From IMG/VR virus record IMGVR_UViG_3300036770_003093, positions 54,244 through 118,243 of that record: DNA of 64,000 nucleotides; one strand, given 5' to 3'. A program made the translations under genes and the position numbers. The notes beneath the pieces were generated by a model that worked only from the letters and a program-made list of their open reading frames with translations, did no database searches and was not told where the DNA came from. Positions 38,664 to 48,682 of this stretch are shown piece by piece; the first letter of the stretch is position 1; the number at the start of each line of letters is the position of its first letter. Source of the DNA: a virus (taxonomy: Duplodnaviria > Caudoviricetes).

Positions 38664-39225
38664 GTTGTTTGCTATGTTGTGTTTCAAGGAAAAGATAATG
38701 ATTGATCATACCAAGATCAATCTACACTTTGAAATGCGACGACTCAAATCAGAAGGGTATGTTATCTACGATGAGAAAGAGGAGAAAATAGTTATCACAG
38801 AAAAAGGTGAAGCTCTTTTAACTGAAATGGAAACGCTATATAGCAAAACAGTTGAGAGTATTTCTAAACAGGTTATTGGTAATAACTATGAAGAGAACAT
38901 TGCTAGTTACAACATGTTGTTCCCGCGCGGTAAACTACCTAGTGGTAAACAAGCCCGAGTAAATGCTAAAAATCTAGAAGCTTCTTTCAAATGGTTCTTC
39001 AAAACTTTTGATTACTCATGGGAGATTGTTCTTAAAGCAACCGAGCTTTACGTAAATGAGTACAGATTACGCAACTATCTTTATATGCGTACATCCCAAT
39101 ACTTTATTCGTAAAACTCTCCCTGATCGTACATCAGAATCTGAGCTGGCTAATTATTGTGAAATGATTGTAACCGGCAACTATGAAGATCCAGGAAGCGA
39201 GCATTTTAGTGAAAGAGTAGTATAA
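38590..39225 (+). CDS. Hypothetical replication protein (wHTH N-terminus)
   Basis: LKSEGYV...ITEKGEALL; directly upstream of the helicase. Confidence 0.6.
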   Translation: MSLNPKNKLITLFQQTLNLSITPNELFAMLCFKEKIMIDHTKINLHFEMRRLKSEGYVIYDEKEEKIVITEKGEALLTEMETLYSKTVESISKQVIGNNYEENIASYNMLFPRGKLPSGKQARVNAKNLEASFKWFFKTFDYSWEIVLKATELYVNEYRLRNYLYMRTSQYFIRKTLPDRTSESELANYCEMIVTGNYEDPGSEHFSERVV

Positions 39226-39239
39226 TTAAATAGATAGAT

Positions 39240-40238
39240 ATGTTGAAAGGTAAACAGGCTTGGAAAAGCCAAAAGGAAGGGTTTGTTGATTCTCTTAACT
39301 ACCTAAAAGGTAGGCAAGAAGGCTTGATTAAAAGCATCAGAACACCCTGGGTAAAATTTAATGACGCGTCTACAGATGGTATTGAGTGGAACTCTATGAC
39401 TGTTATTGGTGGAAGACCAGGTAGTGGTAAAACTCTTATTGCGGCCCAGATAATACGAAGTGCTTATTCTCTTAATAAAGGGCAAAAGTTTAGAGTATTA
39501 CAGTTTCAGTTTGAGATGCTTGCTCGTGTCTCCGCCATTCGTGAATACAGCAGTTATCTAGGTAAATCTTACAAGTATCTATGTAGTGCGGATGGTCAAC
39601 TTACAGCAGAAGATTTGACTAAATGCTATGCTTATGCAAAGAGTAGAGTAAAGTATCCAATTGATGTTGTAGATGAACCATGCACAACAAAAGAGTTCAA
39701 AAAGATCGTAGAAACTTACATGGAAGAACACGCAGAAATAGTTGACGAAGAGAAGGTTTTTACAAAAACAATTATTACCTTAGATCATTCATTACTAGTT
39801 AAAAAAGAGACTTACGAGAAAGATAAATATGAAACACTTTACAATTTAAGCGAAACAATAACTGAGTTAAAAAGAAAGTATCCTATAGCCTTTATCATAT
39901 TAAGCCAGCTTAACAGAAACATTGACTCGCCAGAGCGCAATGAAGATGGTAAATATGGAAACTACATTCTAGAATCTGATCTTTTTGGTGCCGATGCTTT
40001 GTTGCAACACGCAGACATGGTAGTTGGTATAAACCGGCCAGGTAAACAAAAGATTAGATTTTATGGCCCAGATAGATACATTATTGAAGATGACAAAATT
40101 CTTGTCATGCACTTCCTAAAATGTAGAAACGGTGATAACAGAATGAGTTTCTTTAAAGCAGAGTTTGAGAAGATGCAGATTATAGAAACAGATACTCCAC
40201 CCACACAAGAAAAAAGAACATTAACCAAAATCACATAG
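39240..40238 (+). CDS. dnaB: DnaB-like replicative helicase
   Basis: GRPGSGKT, FEM, LDH, LSQLNR, ADMV and KCRNG motifs. Confidence 0.9.
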   Translation: MLKGKQAWKSQKEGFVDSLNYLKGRQEGLIKSIRTPWVKFNDASTDGIEWNSMTVIGGRPGSGKTLIAAQIIRSAYSLNKGQKFRVLQFQFEMLARVSAIREYSSYLGKSYKYLCSADGQLTAEDLTKCYAYAKSRVKYPIDVVDEPCTTKEFKKIVETYMEEHAEIVDEEKVFTKTIITLDHSLLVKKETYEKDKYETLYNLSETITELKRKYPIAFIILSQLNRNIDSPERNEDGKYGNYILESDLFGADALLQHADMVVGINRPGKQKIRFYGPDRYIIEDDKILVMHFLKCRNGDNRMSFFKAEFEKMQIIETDTPPTQEKRTLTKIT

Positions 40239-40239
40239 T

Positions 40240-40788
40240 ATGTCAACAAAAACAAGAGCAGAAATCGTCAAAGAATTAAAAGAACATCATCAACTAGTAT
40301 TTAACGCACTCGGAATCCCAGATGCTAACTTTGTCCCTAAGTTAGCATGGAAACCTCAAGACAAAGATTATTACTGTATGGGCTTCTTTGCTAATGAACT
40401 TAGCGGAGGCACTGATGTCTATACAGAGTATGTAAGTTCTAATTTAGAACCCGAGGATCCACAGCGTAAACTGTATAGATGGAAATACAATCCTCATTTT
40501 GCTGAGGAGTATGACACTATACCTACTAGCTCTGGACATGTGAGATATTTAATTCCTGTTGATGAGTTACATGAAGTAACTGTAGATACAAAAATTGAAT
40601 CTGCACCAAAAGAGTTACCAAGTCTTAAGACTAAGAGTAAATCTTTTGAAATCATGGATCCTGACAATGACGCACCCATTGATCAGATGACTATTAAGGA
40701 TCTTGCTGCAATATTGTGGCAGTCTCCTGTAAGCGACAAATCATTTTTAAACCAATTAATCAAAGAAAGATGGCCGAAGCATGCTTAA
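40240..40788 (+). CDS. Hypothetical protein
   Basis: 182-aa ORF in the replication operon. Confidence 0.7.
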   Translation: MSTKTRAEIVKELKEHHQLVFNALGIPDANFVPKLAWKPQDKDYYCMGFFANELSGGTDVYTEYVSSNLEPEDPQRKLYRWKYNPHFAEEYDTIPTSSGHVRYLIPVDELHEVTVDTKIESAPKELPSLKTKSKSFEIMDPDNDAPIDQMTIKDLAAILWQSPVSDKSFLNQLIKERWPKHA

Positions 40789-41447
40789 TCATTGCTGAGT
40801 CTGGATCTGGTAAGTCTACTAGCATCCGCACTTTAGATCCTGAAACAACGTTTATTATCAACGTTGCAAACAAACCGTTGCCGTTTAAAGGCTGGCGAGA
40901 AAAATACATACTTGTAAGCAAAGACTATCCCCAGGGTAACATGAGTAATACATCTACTCCTGGAGGTATTATCAAAGCTTTAGAATATGTATCTACATCC
41001 CGGCCAGAGATCAAAACTATTGTCATAGATGACTGGCAGTATATGTCAAGCTTTGAGTTCTTTGATAGAGCTCTAGAAAAAGGTTATGAGAAATTTACTC
41101 AGATTGGTGCCGGTATAGCAGCTGTTGCTAAAACACCAAAAGATTTGAGACAAGATCTTGTAATCTTCTTTCTTACACATGCTGAAGACTTTTATGATAG
41201 CACCGGCGCTCGTAAAACCAAAGCTAAAACAATTGGTAAAATGATTGACGAGAAACTTACTCTCGAAGGTTTATTTTCCATTGTACTATATGGCAAGGTA
41301 AAGAAAGACAAGGACAACAATCTTAGATATGTCTTTGAGACAAAGAACAGTGGCGATAACACATGTAAAGCACCACTCGAAATGTTTGAATCAGATGAGA
41401 TTCCTAACGATCTAGAATTAGTACGTAAATCAATCATTAACTTTTAA
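40770..41447 (+). CDS. Sak4-like / AAA_24 P-loop ATPase
   Basis: ESGSGKST, KPLPF, IVIDDWQY and KAKTIGKM motifs. Confidence 0.8.
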   Translation: MAEACLIIAESGSGKSTSIRTLDPETTFIINVANKPLPFKGWREKYILVSKDYPQGNMSNTSTPGGIIKALEYVSTSRPEIKTIVIDDWQYMSSFEFFDRALEKGYEKFTQIGAGIAAVAKTPKDLRQDLVIFFLTHAEDFYDSTGARKTKAKTIGKMIDEKLTLEGLFSIVLYGKVKKDKDNNLRYVFETKNSGDNTCKAPLEMFESDEIPNDLELVRKSIINF

Positions 41448-41458
41448 ATCAATTAAAA

Positions 41459-42187
41459 ATGGCACTAAGCACAAAAAAAGTAACCACAGATGGTGGTGGT
41501 AGTTATGTCTCAAAAACAATTGAGCCAGGAAATGTAACAGCAAAGATTCTTGAAGTAAGACTAGAACCTTTCACTTTTGTAGAAAACTCCTACCATATTA
41601 TCCTGGAGTTAGAAACTAAAGAGATTCCTGGATTTGAAGGTTTTGCTATTAACAAAGACAAACCAGATGGACCTAAATACAAAGGTCAAGTTGGACGTGT
41701 TAAAATGAGTCAGTATGCCTATGTAGATGGTGTTACTAAAACTGGCCGCGAAGTTTCTCGTGATACAGAAATCTTGCGGGCAATTAAAACTATCTGTGAA
41801 GCTACTGATACAACATCTTGGTTTAATGATCAAGATGAGAAGCATGACACTATTGAGTCTTTTGTTAATGCATTAAATGCTCAGAAGCCTTTCCGTGGTG
41901 CTTTGATTAATTTCTGTATTGGTGGTAAGGAGTATCTGAGCCGCGAGGGTTACACAAGATATGATTTGTTCCTACCAAGAACAGGAAAAGGTCAAGTAGC
42001 AATGGAAAGAAATGATGTAGAAGAGGGATCTTCTAGATTGATGTCTTTTGATGCTAATCTACATGTCACCAAGAAACCTGGAGCTAAAGAAGTATCTTCT
42101 TTCTCAGGTGGTGGTGATTCTGATGATCTACCTCCTTTTGATACAGGAGAATCATTTGGCTCTCCAGCAGGAGATTTTGAACTTTAA
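41459..42187 (+). CDS. Putative single-stranded DNA-binding protein
   Basis: Follows the Sak4-like gene; acidic tail with DDLPPF. Confidence 0.6.
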   Translation: MALSTKKVTTDGGGSYVSKTIEPGNVTAKILEVRLEPFTFVENSYHIILELETKEIPGFEGFAINKDKPDGPKYKGQVGRVKMSQYAYVDGVTKTGREVSRDTEILRAIKTICEATDTTSWFNDQDEKHDTIESFVNALNAQKPFRGALINFCIGGKEYLSREGYTRYDLFLPRTGKGQVAMERNDVEEGSSRLMSFDANLHVTKKPGAKEVSSFSGGGDSDDLPPFDTGESFGSPAGDFEL

Positions 42188-42249
42188 CTAAATGTAACTA
42201 GAGCCCCGGTGTAACAGCCGGGGTTTTTAGTTAACAAATATCTCTAACA

Positions 42250-43221
42250 ATGCTAAAAACTAAAAATGTAGTATTCGACATAGACAGTGTGCCCGCTACA
42301 TGGGTTTTTGAGCACTATCTTTGTTGTGATGTTCTTACCGGTCAAAATGTAAAAATCAAATCTGTATTTAACCCCAATGATAAAAACCCTTCTATGTTTG
42401 TCTATGTTAATCCAACAGGCAGGTATAAGTTTAAAGACTTTTCAACCGGCGCTCAAGGTGATCACATAGATTTAGTTGCTGAACTATTTGGTATAACCAG
42501 AGTTCAAGCAATCAACAAAATCATGGAAGACTTTTCTAAAAACAACACCGGTGATACAGAAACAAGAATTATCAAAAGAGAAATCTTTAAAATTGAAGAT
42601 TACTCAATGCGGCACTGGACAGACTACGATGCAAAGTTTTGGCAAAAATATCAGATTGGTAGTACTCTACTTAAGCATTATAATGTTCAGCCCCTTGAAA
42701 GCTATACGTATTCTAAAAGCAAAGGCACGGAAATAAGATACTCCAAGATTGCTAAGAACTATACCTATGGTTACTTTAAAGAAGATGGATCTCTCTACAA
42801 AATTTATCAACCTTATAGTACAACAGCTAAGTTCTTGAAAGTCAAGCCTTATATTCAAGGCTTAGAACAGATAGACTACAACAAAGAATTGCTGTTTATA
42901 CTGGCTTCTCTAAAAGACCTGATGGCATTTACATTACTGCAGTTTGGTAATGCTACACAACTTGCACCAGATAGTGAGAACACCACTATCCCGGAGAAAA
43001 CAATGACCAAACTAAAATCTAAGTTTAAAGACGTAATCGTTGTATTTGATAATGACGATGCCGGTATTAAATCCTCAAAGAAATATGAAGAAACTTTTAA
43101 TATTAAAAGTGTAAACATATCTTTAGATAAAGATTTGGCAGATTGTGTAAAAAACCACGGCCTAGCTAAAACAAGACATGAGTTAATAACCTCTTACAAA
43201 CAGAAATATGGAGGATCCTAA
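42250..43221 (+). CDS. DNA primase (TOPRIM)
   Basis: DKNPSM, FKDFSTG, SLKDLM, FDNDDAG and KDLAD motifs. Confidence 0.85.
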   Translation: MLKTKNVVFDIDSVPATWVFEHYLCCDVLTGQNVKIKSVFNPNDKNPSMFVYVNPTGRYKFKDFSTGAQGDHIDLVAELFGITRVQAINKIMEDFSKNNTGDTETRIIKREIFKIEDYSMRHWTDYDAKFWQKYQIGSTLLKHYNVQPLESYTYSKSKGTEIRYSKIAKNYTYGYFKEDGSLYKIYQPYSTTAKFLKVKPYIQGLEQIDYNKELLFILASLKDLMAFTLLQFGNATQLAPDSENTTIPEKTMTKLKSKFKDVIVVFDNDDAGIKSSKKYEETFNIKSVNISLDKDLADCVKNHGLAKTRHELITSYKQKYGGS

Positions 43222-43417
43222 AAAAACATCTATAAAAGACTTTGAAGACTACATGAAGCGTAAGTCTAAAGAGTTTCCAGATGAAAGCACAAGCTTTCTT
43301 GTATTGTATCTAAGCTGTTGTCAAGAAATTGATGAGGGCGCCCCTGTAGATGAAACTATCTATGAATACATCTCAGAAGTAGAACAGATTATTAAAGAAG
43401 TAAATAAAAACCCATGA
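43208..43417 (+). CDS. Hypothetical protein
   Basis: Translationally coupled ORF. Confidence 0.65.
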   Translation: MEDPKKTSIKDFEDYMKRKSKEFPDESTSFLVLYLSCCQEIDEGAPVDETIYEYISEVEQIIKEVNKNP

Positions 43418-43908
43418 CATTCAAAGAGCTTTTAATCAAATTAGACGCTTGCGAAGAAGCAAAAGAATGGGCAAGAGATATGTCTATCGAAGAAATAGTT
43501 TTAACCTGCCACCGAGCAGATTGGTTGCTTTGGCTTGCCCAAAAAGTTGATTTAGATTTACGCCTTCGCACGTTGGCGAAAGGCCATTGTGCAAACACGG
43601 TTAGACGCTTAATGGAAGATGAGCGAAGCATCAACGCTGTTAATGTGGCTATTGCATTTGGTGAAGGTAAGGCTACACGTGAAGAGTTAGATGCTGCTGC
43701 TGTTGGTGCTGTTGCTGTTGCTACTGTTGCTGCTGCTGCTTATGCTGCTGATGCTGCTGTTTCTGCTGCTGATGCTGCTGTTGCTGCTGCTGATGCTGCT
43801 TATGTTTCTGTTGCTGCCAACCGCCAACAAGCCGCCGACATCTGCCGCCAGTATATTGGCGCAGCCTTAATCGAAAAAGTAAATCAATTATTAAATCAAA
43901 ATGAGTAA
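43414..43908 (+). CDS. Ala-repeat protein (Imm5-like)
   Basis: LDACEEA...RADWLLW...GKATREELDAA followed by a GCT-repeat tract. Confidence 0.65.
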   Translation: MTFKELLIKLDACEEAKEWARDMSIEEIVLTCHRADWLLWLAQKVDLDLRLRTLAKGHCANTVRRLMEDERSINAVNVAIAFGEGKATREELDAAAVGAVAVATVAAAAYAADAAVSAADAAVAAADAAYVSVAANRQQAADICRQYIGAALIEKVNQLLNQNE

Positions 43909-44413
43909 ATACATTGCTATTGACCCCGGTAAGAATGGTGCTATTGTATATCGCGATAAGCAATTACCTGAAAGTGAAATAAAGATTCACACAATGCCCT
44001 TGATAAAGAAGGAGCTCGACTACCACGCGCTAAACAAACTTATAACAAGTTTAGCAGGTGATAACTCAGACGTAGTTCTGGTTATAGAAAAGGTTGGTGT
44101 AATCTTTGGTACCAGCAAAACAACCGCATTTTCAATGGGTCATCAATCTGGGGCTATAGAAATGTGTGCCGTGGCTAATGGTTACAAATATGTTTTGGTG
44201 CCACCTAAAACCTGGCAAAAAGATATCTTCCTGGGAATACCGGTGATATCTAAGGCAAAAAGTAGCGCTAACGACACTAAAGCAATGGCTCTAGTAGCAG
44301 CTAACAGAATGTTTAATCCAGAAATGCTAAGAACTAATCCTAAGAATAAACCTCATGATGGAATAGTTGATGCATTACTTATATCTGAATTCGCATGTCG
44401 AAACAATTTGTAG
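43901..44413 (+). CDS. RuvC-like Holliday junction resolvase
   Basis: IAIDPGKNGAI, VIEKV, PKTWQK and DGIVDALLI motifs. Confidence 0.85.
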   Translation: MSKYIAIDPGKNGAIVYRDKQLPESEIKIHTMPLIKKELDYHALNKLITSLAGDNSDVVLVIEKVGVIFGTSKTTAFSMGHQSGAIEMCAVANGYKYVLVPPKTWQKDIFLGIPVISKAKSSANDTKAMALVAANRMFNPEMLRTNPKNKPHDGIVDALLISEFACRNNL

Positions 44414-44587
44414 AACTTAAGGCTGACAAAAAAGTAAAAGAACTATTAGATAAGTATGTTATTAGCGATGCTATAATCATTGCTAAACAAGCATTATATC
44501 TAGTAGAAGAACTTGGTAAACTAAAAGATTACAGGTTAAAATACGAAGTGTGGCAACGAGTATATGAAAAACTAAATGCTTTAGAAA

Positions 44588-44953
44588 ATGAGTGATTTAA
44601 TAGATGAATTTGAAAATGTATGTAAACAATTAAAAGCAGGAAACGATGATAAATTAGTAGCTAAGTTTATTATTGATAGCAAAGACATAATGGTAGCTAA
44701 ATTATGGTTAGCTCTAATTAAACTTCGCGGGATACCTATTGAATTTAAAGAGGCTAATTTTACAAGTTTGGCAACAATCTACAATTCTAATTCTGAAATA
44801 ACATCCTATACTCAAGTTTTAGACATAATAAACTATACTGATGAGTTAGGGCCTTTAGAATTAGTTCTTCATGAGATGTCAAGATCTGCAGAAGCCCTAG
44901 TCAATCTAAAAACAATGGGTTATACCGTAAAATTCAACTTTGAAATATTATGA
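44588..44953 (+). CDS. Hypothetical protein
   Basis: Translationally coupled ORF. Confidence 0.6.
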   Translation: MSDLIDEFENVCKQLKAGNDDKLVAKFIIDSKDIMVAKLWLALIKLRGIPIEFKEANFTSLATIYNSNSEITSYTQVLDIINYTDELGPLELVLHEMSRSAEALVNLKTMGYTVKFNFEIL

Positions 44954-46152
44954 ACAGACATGAAAACCTAGCAAAGACAGTAAAAAATCTTATGCTAAAA
45001 GAACCCTTTTATGGGATATTTGCCTTGTCTCTTAGTAAAGAGTTTAACAAGGATAAAGTACCCACCGCAGGTGTTGCAAAAATGGGTATTAATTACAAAC
45101 TATGCATAAACCCAGAATTCTGGGATGGCTTAGAGCCTAATGTCAAAGAAGGTATTTTGAAACACGAGCTTATGCACATTGCTTTCTTTCACCTGTACAT
45201 GCAAGATAGTTATGCTGATAAAAAGCTCTTTAATGTGGCCGCTGACATGGAGATTAACCAGTATATTGAGCGTGAAGATTTACCCCAAGAAGGTATCTTC
45301 ATAGAAAACTATGCTGAACTAAAGCTAGAAGAGAAAGCCGGCAGCGACTATTATTACAAAGCTTTACAAAACGCTCAGGAAGAATATCAGAAAAACGGTA
45401 CTTGTGGTTGTCAAGCTGCAGATGAACTTTTTGAACAAATGGAAAATGGTGATGAGCTTCCTTGTGATCACCCAACATGGAAAGAGTTTGAAGGTTTATC
45501 AGATGCTGACAAACAGCTTCTTAAAAGACAAACTGTACATTTACTTAAAGAAGCTGAATCTGCAGTTAAAACACGAGGTACTATGCCCGGTAAAGTAGCA
45601 GAGCTCTTAGAACTACTACAAGACATTCCTCCAAAGTTTGATTGGCGTCAGTATTTACGTCGCTTTAGTGGTGGTTCTAATATACCATACACAAAGAAAC
45701 TAAGACGTAAGTATAACAAACGCTATGAAGATAATCCAGGTTTAAAGATTAAGTATCACAAGCATTTGCTTGTTGCTATTGATACATCTGGGTCTGTTAA
45801 TAAGGATGAGCTCGAGGAATTTGTGAATGAACTAGTTCATATCCACAAAACTGGTGGTAAAATCACTGTTGCACAAACTGACGCGGCAATCTCTTCTATT
45901 GAGGAATTCAATCCTAGAAAAAAAGAGTTTACTATTCATGGTCGTGGAGGCACCGATTTTCAACCTATTATTGATTATTACAGAGAGAATCTTAAAAAGT
46001 ACACGGCGCTAATCTTCTTTACAGATGGAGAAGCACCTGCACCAATTGATGTAAAAGGTAAAGTATTATGGGTAGTATCATCATTGTCCACACACTTTGA
46101 TCATTTACCCGGACAAGTAGTTAAATTAGAAGAAAAACAAACAAACAATTAA
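44950..46152 (+). CDS. Metallopeptidase-like + VWA domain protein
   Basis: HELMH, NVAADMEIN, IDTSGS (MIDAS), GRGGTDF and FTDG motifs. Confidence 0.9.
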   Translation: MNRHENLAKTVKNLMLKEPFYGIFALSLSKEFNKDKVPTAGVAKMGINYKLCINPEFWDGLEPNVKEGILKHELMHIAFFHLYMQDSYADKKLFNVAADMEINQYIEREDLPQEGIFIENYAELKLEEKAGSDYYYKALQNAQEEYQKNGTCGCQAADELFEQMENGDELPCDHPTWKEFEGLSDADKQLLKRQTVHLLKEAESAVKTRGTMPGKVAELLELLQDIPPKFDWRQYLRRFSGGSNIPYTKKLRRKYNKRYEDNPGLKIKYHKHLLVAIDTSGSVNKDELEEFVNELVHIHKTGGKITVAQTDAAISSIEEFNPRKKEFTIHGRGGTDFQPIIDYYRENLKKYTALIFFTDGEAPAPIDVKGKVLWVVSSLSTHFDHLPGQVVKLEEKQTNN

Positions 46153-46162
46153 TTAAATCAAC

Positions 46163-47338
46163 ATGAACAACGTAGTAAAACTAAATCTTGACGAACTAAA
46201 AGAGTTCTTACGTCATATTGTAAAAAACAATCAACATATTCAAGGAGAAGGAAAGGTTCCTGTAGCAGTAAATATTGAAGGCGAAGCTGGTCTTGGTAAG
46301 ACTTCATCTTTACTTCAATTAGCTGAAGAGCTTAACATGCAAATTGTAAAACTGAGTTTATCTCAGATTGAGGAATTAGGTGACCTTGTTGGTTTTCCCG
46401 TCAAAGAATTTGAGATGGTAAAAGATGACGGTAAAAAAGTTTGGATTCAAGATTCAGTAATGTCAATGTATATTCAAGCTAAATATAAACCCACCGGGGC
46501 AAAGCGTATGACTCATGCTGCTCCTGAGTGGATTCAGGGCCGTGGTGAAGGTGGCTTCTTAATCCTTGATGATTATACCCGCGCCGATCACCGCTTCATG
46601 CAAGCTTGTATGGAAATCATTGACCGGCAAGAATATATTTCTTGGCGTTTACCAAAGAACTGGCACGTTGTATTAACCACTAACCCAGACAATGGTAATT
46701 ATCAAGTTACATCTCTTGACAATGCTCAAAAGACTCGTTTCATTACTGTTGAAACTAAATTTGACATTGATGTATGGGCCCGCTGGGCAGAGAAAGTAAA
46801 TATCGACACTCGATGCATCAACTTTTTGTTGTTGAATCCAGAGTTAGTTACTGACACACTCAACCCTCGTAGCATTACTACGTTCTTCAACTCAATCTCT
46901 TGTATTGAATCTTTTGAGGATTCACTAGGTTTAATTCAAATGATTGGTGAAGGTTCTGTTGGTAATGAATTTGCTAGCATGTTTACCATGTTTATCAACA
47001 ACAAACTTGATAAACTATTATCTCCAAAAGATATCTTCAGCAAAGATATGTCATACATTGTAGGTGCTTTACGCACCAACATTGGTAGAGGAGATAATTA
47101 CAGAGCAGATATTGCTAGTGTAATGGGCACGCGGATTGTAAACTATGCATTAACGCATGCAGAAAACAATCCTGTTACCCCAGATATGATTCAAAGAATC
47201 ATTACTGTTTCTACAGATGAGGAAATCTTTACTAAGGATATTAAGTACTTTATTGTACGTGCATTATTATCTGGTAACAAACAGAAGTTCCAGAAAATTA
47301 TGACTAATCCAGAATTAGTAAAGATGGCTGCGAGCTAA
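46163..47338 (+). CDS. MoxR-like AAA+ ATPase
   Basis: GEAGLGKT, GDLVGFP, LILDDYTRA and TTNP motifs. Confidence 0.88.
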   Translation: MNNVVKLNLDELKEFLRHIVKNNQHIQGEGKVPVAVNIEGEAGLGKTSSLLQLAEELNMQIVKLSLSQIEELGDLVGFPVKEFEMVKDDGKKVWIQDSVMSMYIQAKYKPTGAKRMTHAAPEWIQGRGEGGFLILDDYTRADHRFMQACMEIIDRQEYISWRLPKNWHVVLTTNPDNGNYQVTSLDNAQKTRFITVETKFDIDVWARWAEKVNIDTRCINFLLLNPELVTDTLNPRSITTFFNSISCIESFEDSLGLIQMIGEGSVGNEFASMFTMFINNKLDKLLSPKDIFSKDMSYIVGALRTNIGRGDNYRADIASVMGTRIVNYALTHAENNPVTPDMIQRIITVSTDEEIFTKDIKYFIVRALLSGNKQKFQKIMTNPELVKMAAS

Positions 47339-47443
47339 TTCAGCTTCCAGTCTTTTCAAATGTAAAGAAACACAAAGGAATAATTAATCAATGTTTAACT
47401 CAGCGGGATGGCGTAACAACCATCCCGCTAAAAACAAACTATT

Positions 47444-48682
47444 ATGCTTAAGCCAACACACATAAGTGTTAATGTAATCTTTAAAAAAGAGTTTGGTTTC
47501 AAAACAATTAAACTATCTGAAAATCCGTTGATTATAGCAGATGATGATAAAGATAATCTTAAAAAACACATAGAGAGTTATTTAAACTTATCGACTTTTG
47601 ACACTAGTAACTTTCCTAGTATATTCATAGATAAGTCCTGTAAAATTCCAAGAGCTAAACTCGGCGCCCTTAAAGACAATAAAACTCTACAGGTAAAAAG
47701 AGATATTCAAAAAGCTGATTACTTAGTTATTAACAAAGATAGTTACATAGACAACATGATGGAGTATACCTGGGCTTATGAGTTAATCTATCTAGATGAA
47801 CTTCACAACTGGGTAAAGTTTGATTTACAGCATAGACAAGGATACAGTGATGAAGAAAGAGAAACTATAAAATCAAATTTTGCAGAAATTGTAGAACTAT
47901 GTAAAGCTCATTCTATAACTAAACTTTCGATTAGAGTAGATTATGAACTTAGAAAAATTCTATGTGAACCAGACTCTGTTTACAGAAATAACTATTTTAG
48001 TCATTTATTAAATGCACCTGATCCTTTAACAGTAAATTTTCTCAATAATCCTGCACGTGGAAAAAATGAAGATGGTGATATAATATGTATAGACCTACGT
48101 CACTATGTAGAGTTAAACAATGAAAAATTACAGGCTTTAATTTATGCACTGCAGAACAACATAAAAATCATTAACTCCTCAGAGGTTACTAAGCTAATCA
48201 ATGTAACAGTTATTGATAAAGAGTTGTTTGAGTCATTAAACAACATGTTACAAAGCCAAGACCGGTCTAATCATGATACAGCTCTAGAAATAATAGCTTC
48301 TTGTGATTTTGAAGAATCTCTATTTTATATAGTGTTACTGCTGAATCTTAACTATCAAAGTGTTGCCTATTCTGATTACTTCAAACATGTTAACTTTCAA
48401 GCTGTTGTGCAATTTGTTAGAACAAAGTTAAATAAAGGAGAGATGAGTACACCATATAGATTTCGTAGTGCTATGGGTGGTCAAAAATGTATTGAAAACG
48501 ACTCTAAACATCTGCTAGAATCAGGATATATGTTTTCTGAACACAAATGGGTAGTTGAAAAATATATGTTCCCTTATCATGAAATAGACTGCGATTTCAT
48601 AGACACAGAATTTTTAATTGCTAAGTCTGTTCTTGAACAAATAGAAATAAACGATAAACGTAAAGAAGAAAATGAACTTTGA
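47444..48682 (+). CDS. Hypothetical protein
   Basis: 412-aa ORF. Confidence 0.7.
   Translation: MLKPTHISVNVIFKKEFGFKTIKLSENPLIIADDDKDNLKKHIESYLNLSTFDTSNFPSIFIDKSCKIPRAKLGALKDNKTLQVKRDIQKADYLVINKDSYIDNMMEYTWAYELIYLDELHNWVKFDLQHRQGYSDEERETIKSNFAEIVELCKAHSITKLSIRVDYELRKILCEPDSVYRNNYFSHLLNAPDPLTVNFLNNPARGKNEDGDIICIDLRHYVELNNEKLQALIYALQNNIKIINSSEVTKLINVTVIDKELFESLNNMLQSQDRSNHDTALEIIASCDFEESLFYIVLLLNLNYQSVAYSDYFKHVNFQAVVQFVRTKLNKGEMSTPYRFRSAMGGQKCIENDSKHLLESGYMFSEHKWVVEKYMFPYHEIDCDFIDTEFLIAKSVLEQIEINDKRKEENEL

Noticed and set aside
43721-43963. Poly-Gln minus-strand ORF
   Set aside because: It is the reverse complement of the GCT alanine tract.
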